Below are positions 1 to 7,175 of a stretch of DNA of 10,498 bases, piece after piece. This DNA is from Leptospira sp. (GTDB lineage: Bacteria > Spirochaetota > Leptospiria > Leptospirales > Leptospiraceae): positions 1 through 10,498 of the forward strand of contig JAWXAQ010000018.1 of the NCBI GenBank assembly GCA_034439575.1. The letters are read 5' to 3'. A program made the translations under genes and the position numbers. The notes beneath the pieces were generated by a model, which saw only the letters and a program-made list of their open reading frames with translations, had not been told where the DNA came from and ran no database searches. Within the stretch, counting starts at the first letter, position 1. Every line of letters begins with the position of its first letter.

Positions 1-14
1 AATGGGCTACTCAT
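1..14 (-). CDS. 5' start of a third Gly-X repeat mini-gene (MSSP...), truncated by the window edge
   Basis: Bases 1-14 (aatgggctactcat) are identical to 543-556, the start of the 287..556 copy, with the same 4-nt gap after the previous TAA. Confidence 0.8.
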
Positions 15-18
15 AATA

Positions 19-282
19 TTAATTCTTAATTATTAAATTATATGGGTATCTTCCATCTCCATTTCCATCTCCATATCCATCTCCATCTCCATCTCCATCT
101 CCATCTCCATCTCCAAATCCATATCCACCTCCATATCCATTTCCACCTCCATATCCATATCCATATCCATATCCACGTCCATTTCCATATCCATCTCCAT
201 ATCCATCTCCAAATCCAAATCCAAATCCATATCCAAATCCATATCCATTTCCATATCCACCTCTACTTAATGGACTACTCAT
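19..282 (-). CDS. Gly-X (GY/GD/GN/GF) repeat protein, 87 aa
   Basis: Conserved N-terminus MSSPLSRGGYGNGYG and C-terminus GNGDGRYPYNLIIKN shared with 287..556; core is made of GGA-NNT hexamers. Confidence 0.8.
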   Translation of the reverse strand: MSSPLSRGGYGNGYGFGYGFGFGFGDGYGDGYGNGRGYGYGYGYGGGNGYGGGYGFGDGDGDGDGDGDGYGDGNGDGRYPYNLIIKN

Positions 283-286
283 AATA

Positions 287-556
287 TTAATTTTTAATTA
301 TTAAATTATATGGGTATCTTCCATCTCCATTTCCATCTCCAAATCCATATCCATTTCCATTTCCATATCCATCTCCATATCCATATCCATATCCACCTCC
401 ATTCCCACGTCCATATCCATATCTATATCCATCTCCATCTCCACATCCATCTCCATATCCATATCCATATCCATATCCATTTCCATATCCGTATCCATTT
501 CCATATCCATATCCATATCCATTTCCATATCCACCTCTACTTAATGGGCTACTCAT
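287..556 (-). CDS. Gly-X (GY/GD/GN) repeat protein, 89 aa
   Basis: Same termini as 19..282; its start overlaps the upstream stop (ATGA at 553-556). Confidence 0.8.
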   Translation of the reverse strand: MSSPLSRGGYGNGYGYGYGNGYGYGNGYGYGYGYGDGCGDGDGYRYGYGRGNGGGYGYGYGDGYGNGNGYGFGDGNGDGRYPYNLIIKN

Positions 557-828
557 CTTAGTGTTGTTCCCTTGAAGGTATATAAGTTAACACTTGATGC
601 AATGGAGTAGACGGCAGTAATAGGGAAAAGGGTCACTGTATCTTGCTCAAATTGATCTAATATAACCGTTGCGTCTTTGGCACCTCTTGCAACCCCTGGC
701 ATCCCTTTAGCTCCGGCAAAACCCCCAAATAATGCTGATTTATCGAGTCCTATAAAACCTTCTTGTGCCTGAACCTCATTACCGAAATAATAAAATCCTC
801 CTGCAACCGTTAAAATCTTCCAGTTCAT
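553..828 (-). CDS. Small beta-rich phage protein resembling DUF6948-like partners of Gly-X repeat genes
   Basis: Pattern ILTVAGGFYYFG...GAKG...LD...P..AV recalls phage proteins I remember adjacent to GxGxG-repeat ORFs; translationally coupled to the repeat gene. Family unverified. Confidence 0.5.
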   Translation of the reverse strand: MNWKILTVAGGFYYFGNEVQAQEGFIGLDKSALFGGFAGAKGMPGVARGAKDATVILDQFEQDTVTLFPITAVYSIASSVNLYTFKGTTLR

Positions 829-857
829 ACGAAATTAATAAAAAATAGATTATATAA

Positions 858-1037
858 TTAATTTATCTTGCCTTTGATAACATTCTCTCTTGAAATAAAG
901 TCTACAATACCTTTTCTGATTACCTTAGTTTTGTCAGTCTTAATTAGCTCTCTACTATTATGACTATTCAATGCCTCACTAAATTGTCGGAACATATCAT
1001 CATTTAGTTTTATCGCGATTCTTCGTATTCGATTCAT
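858..1037 (-). CDS. Ribbon-helix-helix (CopG/Arc-like) DNA-binding protein, 59 aa (not in ORF track)
   Basis: Manual translation MNRIRRIAIKLNDDMFRQFSEALNSHNSRELIKTDKTKVIRKGIVDFISRENVIKGKIN: alternating strand RRIAIKL, helix A, then helix B KTKVIRKGIVDFI; fills the intergenic gap. Confidence 0.65.
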   Translation of the reverse strand: MNRIRRIAIKLNDDMFRQFSEALNSHNSRELIKTDKTKVIRKGIVDFISRENVIKGKIN

Positions 1038-1055
1038 TATTAGATTAAAACTAAG

Positions 1056-1613
1056 TTAAAATGGTAGACCACTTTGATCTAACGCTTTTGCCACTCTTTT
1101 GCTATTGTCTGGTTTATTTTGTGATGAATCTACAAAATTTCCTGTATTACTTCTTAAATATTCCTCATCTTTTACCTTTTGCTTCGATGTCATGGGGATA
1201 AAGTAAGTTTTATCGCCTGATTTACTCTTTTTTATTTCCATGTCAAATTCGCTATCCATAAAGAATTCCTTGTTAACACCACCTTTAGCAGTTTTTCTAA
1301 TCTCATACCCCTCTTCACCCAATTTCGTCTTGATTGCCTCCTTTAGATCCCACAAAGTAGACGCTGGTATTTCAATTCCATCCGCACCCTTAAATCCACT
1401 ATACAATGGATTCTTATATTCCCCTGTACTAGTCTTTGCTAAACTCTGTCGTACATAGCTAAAGAACTCGTTGGATACCTCTTTAAACTTGATATCAATG
1501 TACTCGTAACCCTTTTCCTTATCTTCCACAATGTCGTAACCGGTTATTTGTAAAGTGTAAACTTTACTCTCTATATTTCCCTTTTTTTCCATATCTTGAC
1601 TCAAATCGTACAT
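1056..1613 (-). CDS. Putative phage single-stranded DNA-binding protein
   Basis: Beta-rich N-terminal part, polar low-complexity tail ending LPF, and position downstream of a Sak4-like gene. Confidence 0.45.
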   Translation of the reverse strand: MYDLSQDMEKKGNIESKVYTLQITGYDIVEDKEKGYEYIDIKFKEVSNEFFSYVRQSLAKTSTGEYKNPLYSGFKGADGIEIPASTLWDLKEAIKTKLGEEGYEIRKTAKGGVNKEFFMDSEFDMEIKKSKSGDKTYFIPMTSKQKVKDEEYLRSNTGNFVDSSQNKPDNSKRVAKALDQSGLPF

Positions 1614-1630
1614 AATTAAACTTTAAAAAA

Positions 1631-1879
1631 TTAAATAGCGTTGGTATTTTTCATGAACTTGAACTTTATCTGTGTCTTTTCGCTAAAATCTATACCTTGT
1701 TCTTTTGCATATAAATCAATTAAATATCTGTCGTAAATCCTATCTCTATCGTGAACTAATGGACTTACTCTAACTACTCCTGTTTGTAGATGCCATAAAG
1801 CTAATCTAAAAGCTTGGTCTAAATTGTCAGTATTCATATACCAACGACTTTTATTCATGAAATAGCTATATGCGTACAT
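1631..1879 (-). CDS. Hypothetical protein, 82 aa
   Basis: Co-oriented ORF tightly packed in the operon. Confidence 0.7.
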   Translation of the reverse strand: MYAYSYFMNKSRWYMNTDNLDQAFRLALWHLQTGVVRVSPLVHDRDRIYDRYLIDLYAKEQGIDFSEKTQIKFKFMKNTNAI

Positions 1880-1895
1880 ATATAGTTATTAAAAA

Positions 1896-2285
1896 TTAAA
1901 ATTTAGGATATCGAATGCTAGATTTACTAACCTTCATATACTCATCTTTTTCAGTCAGAGATCTAATCTTATCCTTAGCTTCTTGGTATTCCATTTGTTC
2001 TTTCATAGTTGCATTATTGGTAAATAATTCCTCGTTAAATCTTGGAGTACCTTTTTGAATGTTCCAAAAATTCATAAACTTGGCATCTCCTCTTTCAATC
2101 GCTGCCTCGATGTGATCCACTAACCATTTATCAATTTGCCCCTCAACTGCTTCTATCTCCCGTCTTTTTACATTGAGTATTGATTTCTCTGTGGATAACT
2201 CTTGCGGAGTAGTTTCTTTAGTTAATATTGTGCCAGTCAAGGGACTAACTATATCTTTTAATTTTACGTAATGCTGTGTATCCAT
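1896..2285 (-). CDS. Hypothetical protein, 129 aa, with coiled-coil segments, in the recombination module
   Basis: Co-oriented ORF between the Sak4-like and SSB-like genes. Confidence 0.75.
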   Translation of the reverse strand: MDTQHYVKLKDIVSPLTGTILTKETTPQELSTEKSILNVKRREIEAVEGQIDKWLVDHIEAAIERGDAKFMNFWNIQKGTPRFNEELFTNNATMKEQMEYQEAKDKIRSLTEKDEYMKVSKSSIRYPKF

Positions 2286-2310
2286 AGATTTATTGATAAT
2301 ATATAAAAAA

Positions 2311-3027
2311 CTATTTAATATAGTTAAGCAATTTTTTTCCTGTTTCCTGCGTAATCATTTCCCCGGTTTTACTGAAAAGGTTAGTTCTATCTTTTTCCGG
2401 TATCCCATAGCCCGGCTTAGAATTATCAAAGTCCAACACTGTGTCAAATTCATAATCTAACCCATCTCTTTGTTGTAATTCCATACCTTTCTTTATTACT
2501 TCCTTTTTCCCATCGTCTTTTGTTGACATCTCGTAAGCTTGCTTAGTTCTACCTGTTAATATTACGTGCATATCATTCCCAAAAAAGATTTTATTAATTA
2601 GAGACTGATATAACTGATTTCCTTCAGTCCATGATCTATAACTATTACCTTTATATTTAGTTTGAGTTAGATTGTTGACTATATCTAGTATTCCACCAAC
2701 CCCCATCCAACTGTGACTAAATGAATCTATGATTAGAACCTTATAATCTTCCTGCTCAACAAGTTCTATTAATTTAATGTATCGTTCTGGATTATGATCG
2801 TTACTCGTTATTAGGTTATAGTCAACAACATCAAAATCAAAGTCTTTTGCATTGTGGGTAGAACTCATTTTTTCAGTGTCTACAAGACAGATCTTGCCTC
2901 CTTCTGCTAGTTCTTTAGCTATAATTAAAGAACTACGTGTTTTTCCTGAACCCGACACTCCTCTTAATAGTAAACGCCATTTCTTTTGTTGTAATGCTGC
3001 TTTTTGAAAGGGACTGTTCATATTCAT
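2311..3027 (-). CDS. Sak4-like (AAA_24-type, RecA-fold) phage single-strand annealing ATPase
   Basis: Walker A GVSGSGKT, VDTE motif, Walker B VLIIDSFSHSW, YEFD and KDRT motifs typical of this family. Confidence 0.85.
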   Translation of the reverse strand: MNMNSPFQKAALQQKKWRLLLRGVSGSGKTRSSLIIAKELAEGGKICLVDTEKMSSTHNAKDFDFDVVDYNLITSNDHNPERYIKLIELVEQEDYKVLIIDSFSHSWMGVGGILDIVNNLTQTKYKGNSYRSWTEGNQLYQSLINKIFFGNDMHVILTGRTKQAYEMSTKDDGKKEVIKKGMELQQRDGLDYEFDTVLDFDNSKPGYGIPEKDRTNLFSKTGEMITQETGKKLLNYIK

Positions 3028-3302
3028 TTGCGATAAAAATTAGAATAAAACTCATTAGCTATCTTAATTGCATTCGATAATCCAAGTGGTGTTGTATCTC
3101 TAAAATACATACTACTTTCCGAAACAAAATTGGATTTCTTATTCTTTCTATTAATAAACCCTAATCTATATAAAGATATTGTATAAAATGATTTATTCAC
3201 AATAATGTCTATACTTAATCTCATATTCTTATAATAATATATGTCGATCCCTGTAGTTGTGTCCAATTTTTCTGTAAAATCTGCTATTGTTAATTGTTTC
3301 AT
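3024..3302 (-). CDS. Hypothetical protein, 92 aa
   Basis: Stop overlaps the Sak4-like start (ATGA at 3024-3027). Confidence 0.75.
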   Translation of the reverse strand: MKQLTIADFTEKLDTTTGIDIYYYKNMRLSIDIIVNKSFYTISLYRLGFINRKNKKSNFVSESSMYFRDTTPLGLSNAIKIANEFYSNFYRK

Positions 3303-3410
3303 TCCTGTTAAATAATAGATATTGACCTTGCTTGTTGCGCCTACCTTGTATTAGATGCTTCCATGATTCCAGTTTTCGTTCCCCCACTATCCAAAATGAA
3401 TCAATAAAGT

Positions 3411-3542
3411 CTAAGACATTGAACGGTTTCGGATGATATTCTTTATAATGTTGCATATAATTTCTATTATTTGGTCTCCTATAAGTATCCCCACAATAGG
3501 TGTAATAAATAAATATAACAACATGTTAAGCATTAGGGTCAT
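3411..3542 (-). CDS. Small single-TM membrane peptide, 43 aa (not in ORF track)
   Basis: MTLMLNMLLYLFITPIVGILIGDQIIEIICNIIKNIIRNRSMS; start coupled to the stop of 3539..3763 (ATGA at 3539-3542). Confidence 0.5.
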   Translation of the reverse strand: MTLMLNMLLYLFITPIVGILIGDQIIEIICNIIKNIIRNRSMS

Positions 3543-3763
3543 AAATATCTACCATCCTTCCCATTATCATCAAATATCGTTCCTTTTAACCCTGTGTGAT
3601 TATTTGGATTTTTTTTCTTGGCTTCTAATGTGTAGTAATCCCTTCTTGACTCTTCTAGCATCTCTGCTAAATCTTCTTGGCTTATTGGGAACGTGTCAGT
3701 TAACTTGTTAGTCAACAATACTAATTCTTCAACAATATCATTTAGATCCTGTAGAGTTGTCAT
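3539..3763 (-). CDS. Hypothetical protein, 74 aa
   Basis: Starts 1 nt after the stop of 3765..4013. Confidence 0.7.
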   Translation of the reverse strand: MTTLQDLNDIVEELVLLTNKLTDTFPISQEDLAEMLEESRRDYYTLEAKKKNPNNHTGLKGTIFDDNGKDGRYL

Positions 3764-3764
3764 T

Positions 3765-4013
3765 TTAGTTTGAGTAATAAGTATTATACATATCAGTTTC
3801 TATGTATTGCGCAAGCTCATATAATTCATTATCGTTCTGGATTCCTGCTGATTCTAGGTGAGCTGTAATTAATTGTATAATTTCTGGTCTTTTATAAGTC
3901 ACTATCCCAGTTATATCAGTTTCTAGGTAATGCTTTGGAATATAATTTGTACATTCGATCGGGTAGGTCTTCAACAATCTTTCTGCGATTTTTATTATCT
4001 TTGTCATGGGCAT
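3765..4013 (-). CDS. Hypothetical protein, 82 aa, first gene after the 4035-4063 promoter
   Basis: Co-oriented ORF directly downstream of a sigma70-like promoter. Confidence 0.7.
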   Translation of the reverse strand: MPMTKIIKIAERLLKTYPIECTNYIPKHYLETDITGIVTYKRPEIIQLITAHLESAGIQNDNELYELAQYIETDMYNTYYSN

Positions 4014-4034
4014 AACTGAAAATTAATATACTAT

Positions 4035-4063
4035 ATCTTATCATTAATACCTTTCTTTGTCAA
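4035..4063 (-). promoter_or_regulatory. Sigma70-type promoter for the recombination operon
   Basis: TTGACA-17 nt-TAAGAT on the minus strand in an intergenic gap. Confidence 0.7.
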
Positions 4064-4103
4064 GTCTTTGTATGCCTTTCCTTGGATATGTTAAACTGTT
4101 CAC

Positions 4104-4142
4104 ACCCATTCGAGTGACTTCATGTCATGGGCACGAATGGGT
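4104..4142. other. Stem-loop after 4142..4372 (possible terminator or processing site)
   Basis: acccattcg (4104-4112) / cgaatgggt (4134-4142) plus an inner tgac/gtca stem; no U-tract on the minus strand. Confidence 0.45.
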
Positions 4143-4372
4143 TATTTAATACTCATTGCTTTACGTCTTCGCTCAATCCTAACAATTATCGCTAATATAT
4201 CGTTTGGTGTGCCCCTGCCCATCTTTACCTGTAGAGCGTTCATTAATTTAGCTAGAAGTTTAGATTTAATTCGTTTTTTGATGAATCTACTTTCGATTAG
4301 ATTAGCATCTTTCATTTGTTGTTGTAGATCTAGTATTTGTGGATTGTACGCACTGCCTGTTGCTTGGTTCAT
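4142..4372 (-). CDS. Basic helical hypothetical protein, 76 aa
   Basis: Co-oriented ORF directly after the helicase-like gene. Confidence 0.65.
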   Translation of the reverse strand: MNQATGSAYNPQILDLQQQMKDANLIESRFIKKRIKSKLLAKLMNALQVKMGRGTPNDILAIIVRIERRRKAMSIK

Positions 4373-4393
4373 ATGTTTTAATTAATTAAAATA

Positions 4394-5983
4394 TTAATAA
4401 TTATCACTCTGGGTTTGTTCGAACTGATCAATTACAAAATCAGGTAAAGTATACAATTCAAACATTAACGACCTGAAAGTTGGCTTCCTTATACCTTCAA
4501 TCATTGGGCTTGTTACTACTATTCTATACCCATACGCCTGATTTAAATAGTTTTTAAGAGTGTCTTCTTCAATACGCATTTCTAAACCCTGTTTCTTGCG
4601 AAGCTGTAGCATGGCTGATTTAACTGTAGACCAATGCACATATAATTTCTTGTTTGTTCCGTAATAGAAATGTTGACCGTTTATGATTTGATCTGTTTTA
4701 ACTAGTGTTATAAAATCTTCCCAAAATTTAATAACATGCGATGCCCCTTCCTTACTTTCCGAATCTTCGTCAAGGAATGTCCAAATTAACTGTTCAGCAT
4801 TAAGATCGCTCTTTGCATCAATTAATATCAACTTTAAAAAATATAACAATATTGCATAAATTGTTACAATCCTACTGTCTTTAGATGGAAATATCAAAAG
4901 AAGTGCTTTCATCTCTTTTGAAATGCCTTCTCTGAGTTCTTGTTGCTTAGTTATTGTAGTACCCATAATCCACTTACTACCAATTACATGCAGGTCTTTT
5001 TCAAGATTGACAAGCTCGTTTTTGCCCTCGAAATTTTGCTTTGCTTTACTTAATGTAATATTAATAAATCTTTCTCTAGTAGCAATATCAGAGCTCATTG
5101 ATTCTCCAGAAAGAATAAAAGTTGATGTACAAATTGTTGTTACTACATCCTTAGCACTATCAAGATCTGCTTTTATAAACGGAGATCTATTAAATGCAGA
5201 TCTTAAAAATCCTTCAATTTTCTTTCCGGATTCTTTATTGTCCGAATACTCATCTAACCAATACGGTAAATCGACCATCATAGTGGATTTTCTCAAGATT
5301 CCCACCGAAGTACTTGAAGGTATTCCGTCACCGTTCGTATCTATTCCCATAACTTTTAGAAGAGTTTTGCAAAAGAAATTTTTACCGCTGCTCTTTTCAC
5401 CTACTACTAATAGAAATGGGAAAAAATCAAAATATCTGATAATTTCTGTTGCATGCAAACTAGCACGTAAAAAGGTTAAAGATATCAGACCCTCATAACT
5501 ATCGTTTAAACTTTTATAGGATGCCGAAATGAATTTTTGCAAGATGTTCTCGTAATTTGAAACATCGTTGGTTGTAAGTATAGGTATTGAATTAAGCTTA
5601 TTATCTAATTTATAATAACTACCTGCAAACTTAAACCCGTCTTCACTTAACCCGATAACAGAAGCGCCTACATACATGAAATTATTGGTTACAAAATTCA
5701 CTGGACTCGATTTACCTAATTTTTCGATCATTTTAATTTTAGTTGGCTTAGTTGCAAATACTAATTTAATGAATTTTTGGAAATCCTCATTATTACCATA
5801 AAAAAAGAACTCCCCTCGCGATGCTATTTTTTCCTTGAATAAACGAAGATCTACAGATTCTTTGTTAGTTAGCTCAACTATTTTGGTTTCGACGCCATTT
5901 GATAGCTCTAAGCCTCGAATTATGGCATCTTCTTTGCGTATTATGTATTTATAAACAGCCTCGAAATTCTTTTTAGTTGCCAT
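4394..5983 (-). CDS. Phage replicative helicase-like P-loop ATPase (SF3/DUF927-Cch-like), 529 aa
   Basis: Walker A LLVVGEKSSGKN, Walker B PYWLDEY, sensor-like FILSGE, Arg-finger-like TRERFI and a possible C-terminal winged helix; no primase motifs seen. Confidence 0.7.
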   Translation of the reverse strand: MATKKNFEAVYKYIIRKEDAIIRGLELSNGVETKIVELTNKESVDLRLFKEKIASRGEFFFYGNNEDFQKFIKLVFATKPTKIKMIEKLGKSSPVNFVTNNFMYVGASVIGLSEDGFKFAGSYYKLDNKLNSIPILTTNDVSNYENILQKFISASYKSLNDSYEGLISLTFLRASLHATEIIRYFDFFPFLLVVGEKSSGKNFFCKTLLKVMGIDTNGDGIPSSTSVGILRKSTMMVDLPYWLDEYSDNKESGKKIEGFLRSAFNRSPFIKADLDSAKDVVTTICTSTFILSGESMSSDIATRERFINITLSKAKQNFEGKNELVNLEKDLHVIGSKWIMGTTITKQQELREGISKEMKALLLIFPSKDSRIVTIYAILLYFLKLILIDAKSDLNAEQLIWTFLDEDSESKEGASHVIKFWEDFITLVKTDQIINGQHFYYGTNKKLYVHWSTVKSAMLQLRKKQGLEMRIEEDTLKNYLNQAYGYRIVVTSPMIEGIRKPTFRSLMFELYTLPDFVIDQFEQTQSDNY

Positions 5984-6003
5984 TTTGTTTTTGCTAAATC
6001 AGT

Positions 6004-6118
6004 AAGGTACTAAAAGTAGCCAACAATCTCTTAAAGCGGTTAAACTTGAAGTTTGTTGATTGATGACTACTTTCAATATCTTGTATTTGAATGAAATTGC
6101 ATATTTTTAACCGCTTTA
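6004..6118 (-). promoter_or_regulatory. Structured 5' leader of the helicase gene (interleaved helices A-B-A'-B', 9-codon uORF at 6073-6102)
   Basis: Perfect 13-bp inverted repeat 6106-6118/6032-6044; 25-bp helix 6058-6082/6004-6028 with 23 pairs, 3 of them G-U, on the minus-strand RNA. Confidence 0.6.
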
Positions 6119-6133
6119 TTTATTTCCTTAATC

Positions 6134-6162
6134 ACTCTATTACAATTTTCTAATAAAGTCAA
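6134..6162 (-). promoter_or_regulatory. Sigma70-type promoter for the helicase gene
   Basis: TTGACT-17 nt-TAGAGT immediately upstream of the structured leader. Confidence 0.55.
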
Positions 6163-6173
6163 ATAGCTTTTAG

Positions 6174-6398
6174 ATTGTAGTAATTGTAGTAGATAATATA
6201 TGTTCAGAATTAAGGATCTCCTTATCTATATACACATACTACAATTAATACAAATACTATATATATATATATATACATATACACTAATATGTATAGGGGG
6301 GTATATGTTTCCAAAAAGGTGTATTATTTGTAGTATGCTGATTGGTAGGGCGAATCCGTGTATTATTGGTGTATTATAAGCGTAGTAATTACTACATT
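6174..6398. other. Putative replication origin (iteron-like repeats plus AT-rich unwinding element)
   Basis: ATTGTAGTA at 6174 and 6183, inverted at 6237, variants at 6327 and 6381-6398; GTGTATTAT three times (6319, 6358, 6369); (TA)9 at 6258-6275; adjacent to the helicase gene. Confidence 0.55.
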
Positions 6399-6433
6399 GC
6401 CTCTTTTTTCCCCAAATATTGTAAAATTACTGA

Positions 6434-6598
6434 TTATATGTCTTTCTTGAATACCAGCCATACTTTTCCCACTTTCAAACCCTTTAAACTGCCCCTTTGT
6501 AGTCTTTTTTTCAGACTCTCTGCTTTGATATTTGTTTGTTTTTCTGCCTCTGTCAATGTCATGATCCCGAATATTTTAAAAAGCTTTTGTATTGTCAT
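6434..6598 (-). CDS. Excisionase/HTH_17 (MerR-like winged HTH) DNA-binding protein, 54 aa (not in ORF track)
   Basis: MTIQKLFKIFGIMTLTEAEKQTNIKAESLKKRLQRGSLKGLKVGKVWLVFKKDI matches the MTxxEA...G.L...KVG..W pattern. Confidence 0.8.
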   Translation of the reverse strand: MTIQKLFKIFGIMTLTEAEKQTNIKAESLKKRLQRGSLKGLKVGKVWLVFKKDI

Positions 6599-6607
6599 AG
6601 AATTTGT

Positions 6608-6710
6608 AAATTGATTGAAATATCAGATCGGTTGTGTCTATCTGATAAATCAAATTAAATAAAATTGATTGAAATATCAGATCGGTTATGTCTATCTGAT
6701 AAATCAAATT
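6608..6710. repeat. Two tandem 49-bp direct repeats (1 mismatch), each containing a dyad
   Basis: 6608-6656 and 6662-6710; each has TTGATT...TATCAGAT-N11-ATCTGATA-AATCAA. Confidence 0.95.
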
Positions 6711-6877
6711 GATTAGAATCCACTTGTAGTCTAAATACGGTTAGTCAATATCGCTCTGTAATGCCCCTAAATGGCTTTCAATTCTTTTCTAGCGATGATA
6801 TGCACTTGCTGGGTTAGAGTGGTCACAAGGTGTATCAAGGCATTATTTTTAGCTATACTTAACCACTACCACCATTA

Positions 6878-7003
6878 TTACAAGGTAATTATTGTAATAA
6901 TAATGAAAATAATTACAACTGCCGTTATCACAATCGCCCAAGTCGCACCGACTCTATCCCTTATTACATCATACTTATCATCAATATTTTTATTCTCAAA
7001 CAT
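6878..7003 (-). CDS. Small C-terminal-TM membrane peptide, 41 aa (not in ORF track)
   Basis: MFENKNIDDKYDVIRDRVGATWAIVITAVVIIFIIITIITL; TAATG coupling with 7003..7158. Confidence 0.6.
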   Translation of the reverse strand: MFENKNIDDKYDVIRDRVGATWAIVITAVVIIFIIITIITL

Positions 7004-7158
7004 TATAATTTTTTAAATAAATAAATTAATATTAAAATGCAAATAACTTCAACATAGCTAAAATCTAATCCCAGTATAGATAAAGTGGATTTCATAATTA
7101 TAATTATAATTATAATCATGGTTATAATTATAATTAATTTAGTTACTGTAATTTTCAT
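7003..7158 (-). CDS. Small two-TM poly-Ile membrane peptide, 51 aa (not in ORF track)
   Basis: MKITVTKLIIIITMIIIIIIIMKSTLSILGLDFSYVEVICILILIYLFKKL; fills the gap between neighbouring genes and its stop overlaps the next ATG. Confidence 0.55.
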   Translation of the reverse strand: MKITVTKLIIIITMIIIIIIIMKSTLSILGLDFSYVEVICILILIYLFKKL

Positions 7159-7175
7159 GGTTTTTTTTTAATAAA

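Larger units (their letters stand above)
1..556. repeat. Tandem gene-sized repeat (periods 274 and 268 bp) with an internal hexamer microsatellite
   Basis: Start codons at 556, 282 and 14; near-identical flanks around variable (tccata/tccatc/tccatt)n cores. Confidence 0.95.

Noticed and set aside
1-556. CRISPR array interpretation of the conserved flanks with variable interiors
   Set aside because: The period is about 270 bp, the 'spacers' are low-complexity coding repeats, and no cas genes are present.
33-561. (MD/ME)n ORFs 33..260 and 301..534, and antisense His-rich ORFs 42..284 and 310..561
   Set aside because: Shadow frames of the hexamer repeat; the GX frame has coupled starts and synonymously conserved termini.
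3229-3456. 75-aa minus-strand ORF
   Set aside because: It overlaps 3024..3302 by 74 nt and the coupled 3411..3542 peptide by 46 nt; doubtful, although not excluded.
6608-6710. Mini CRISPR array
   Set aside because: Only 5 nt separate the two repeats, so there is no spacer.
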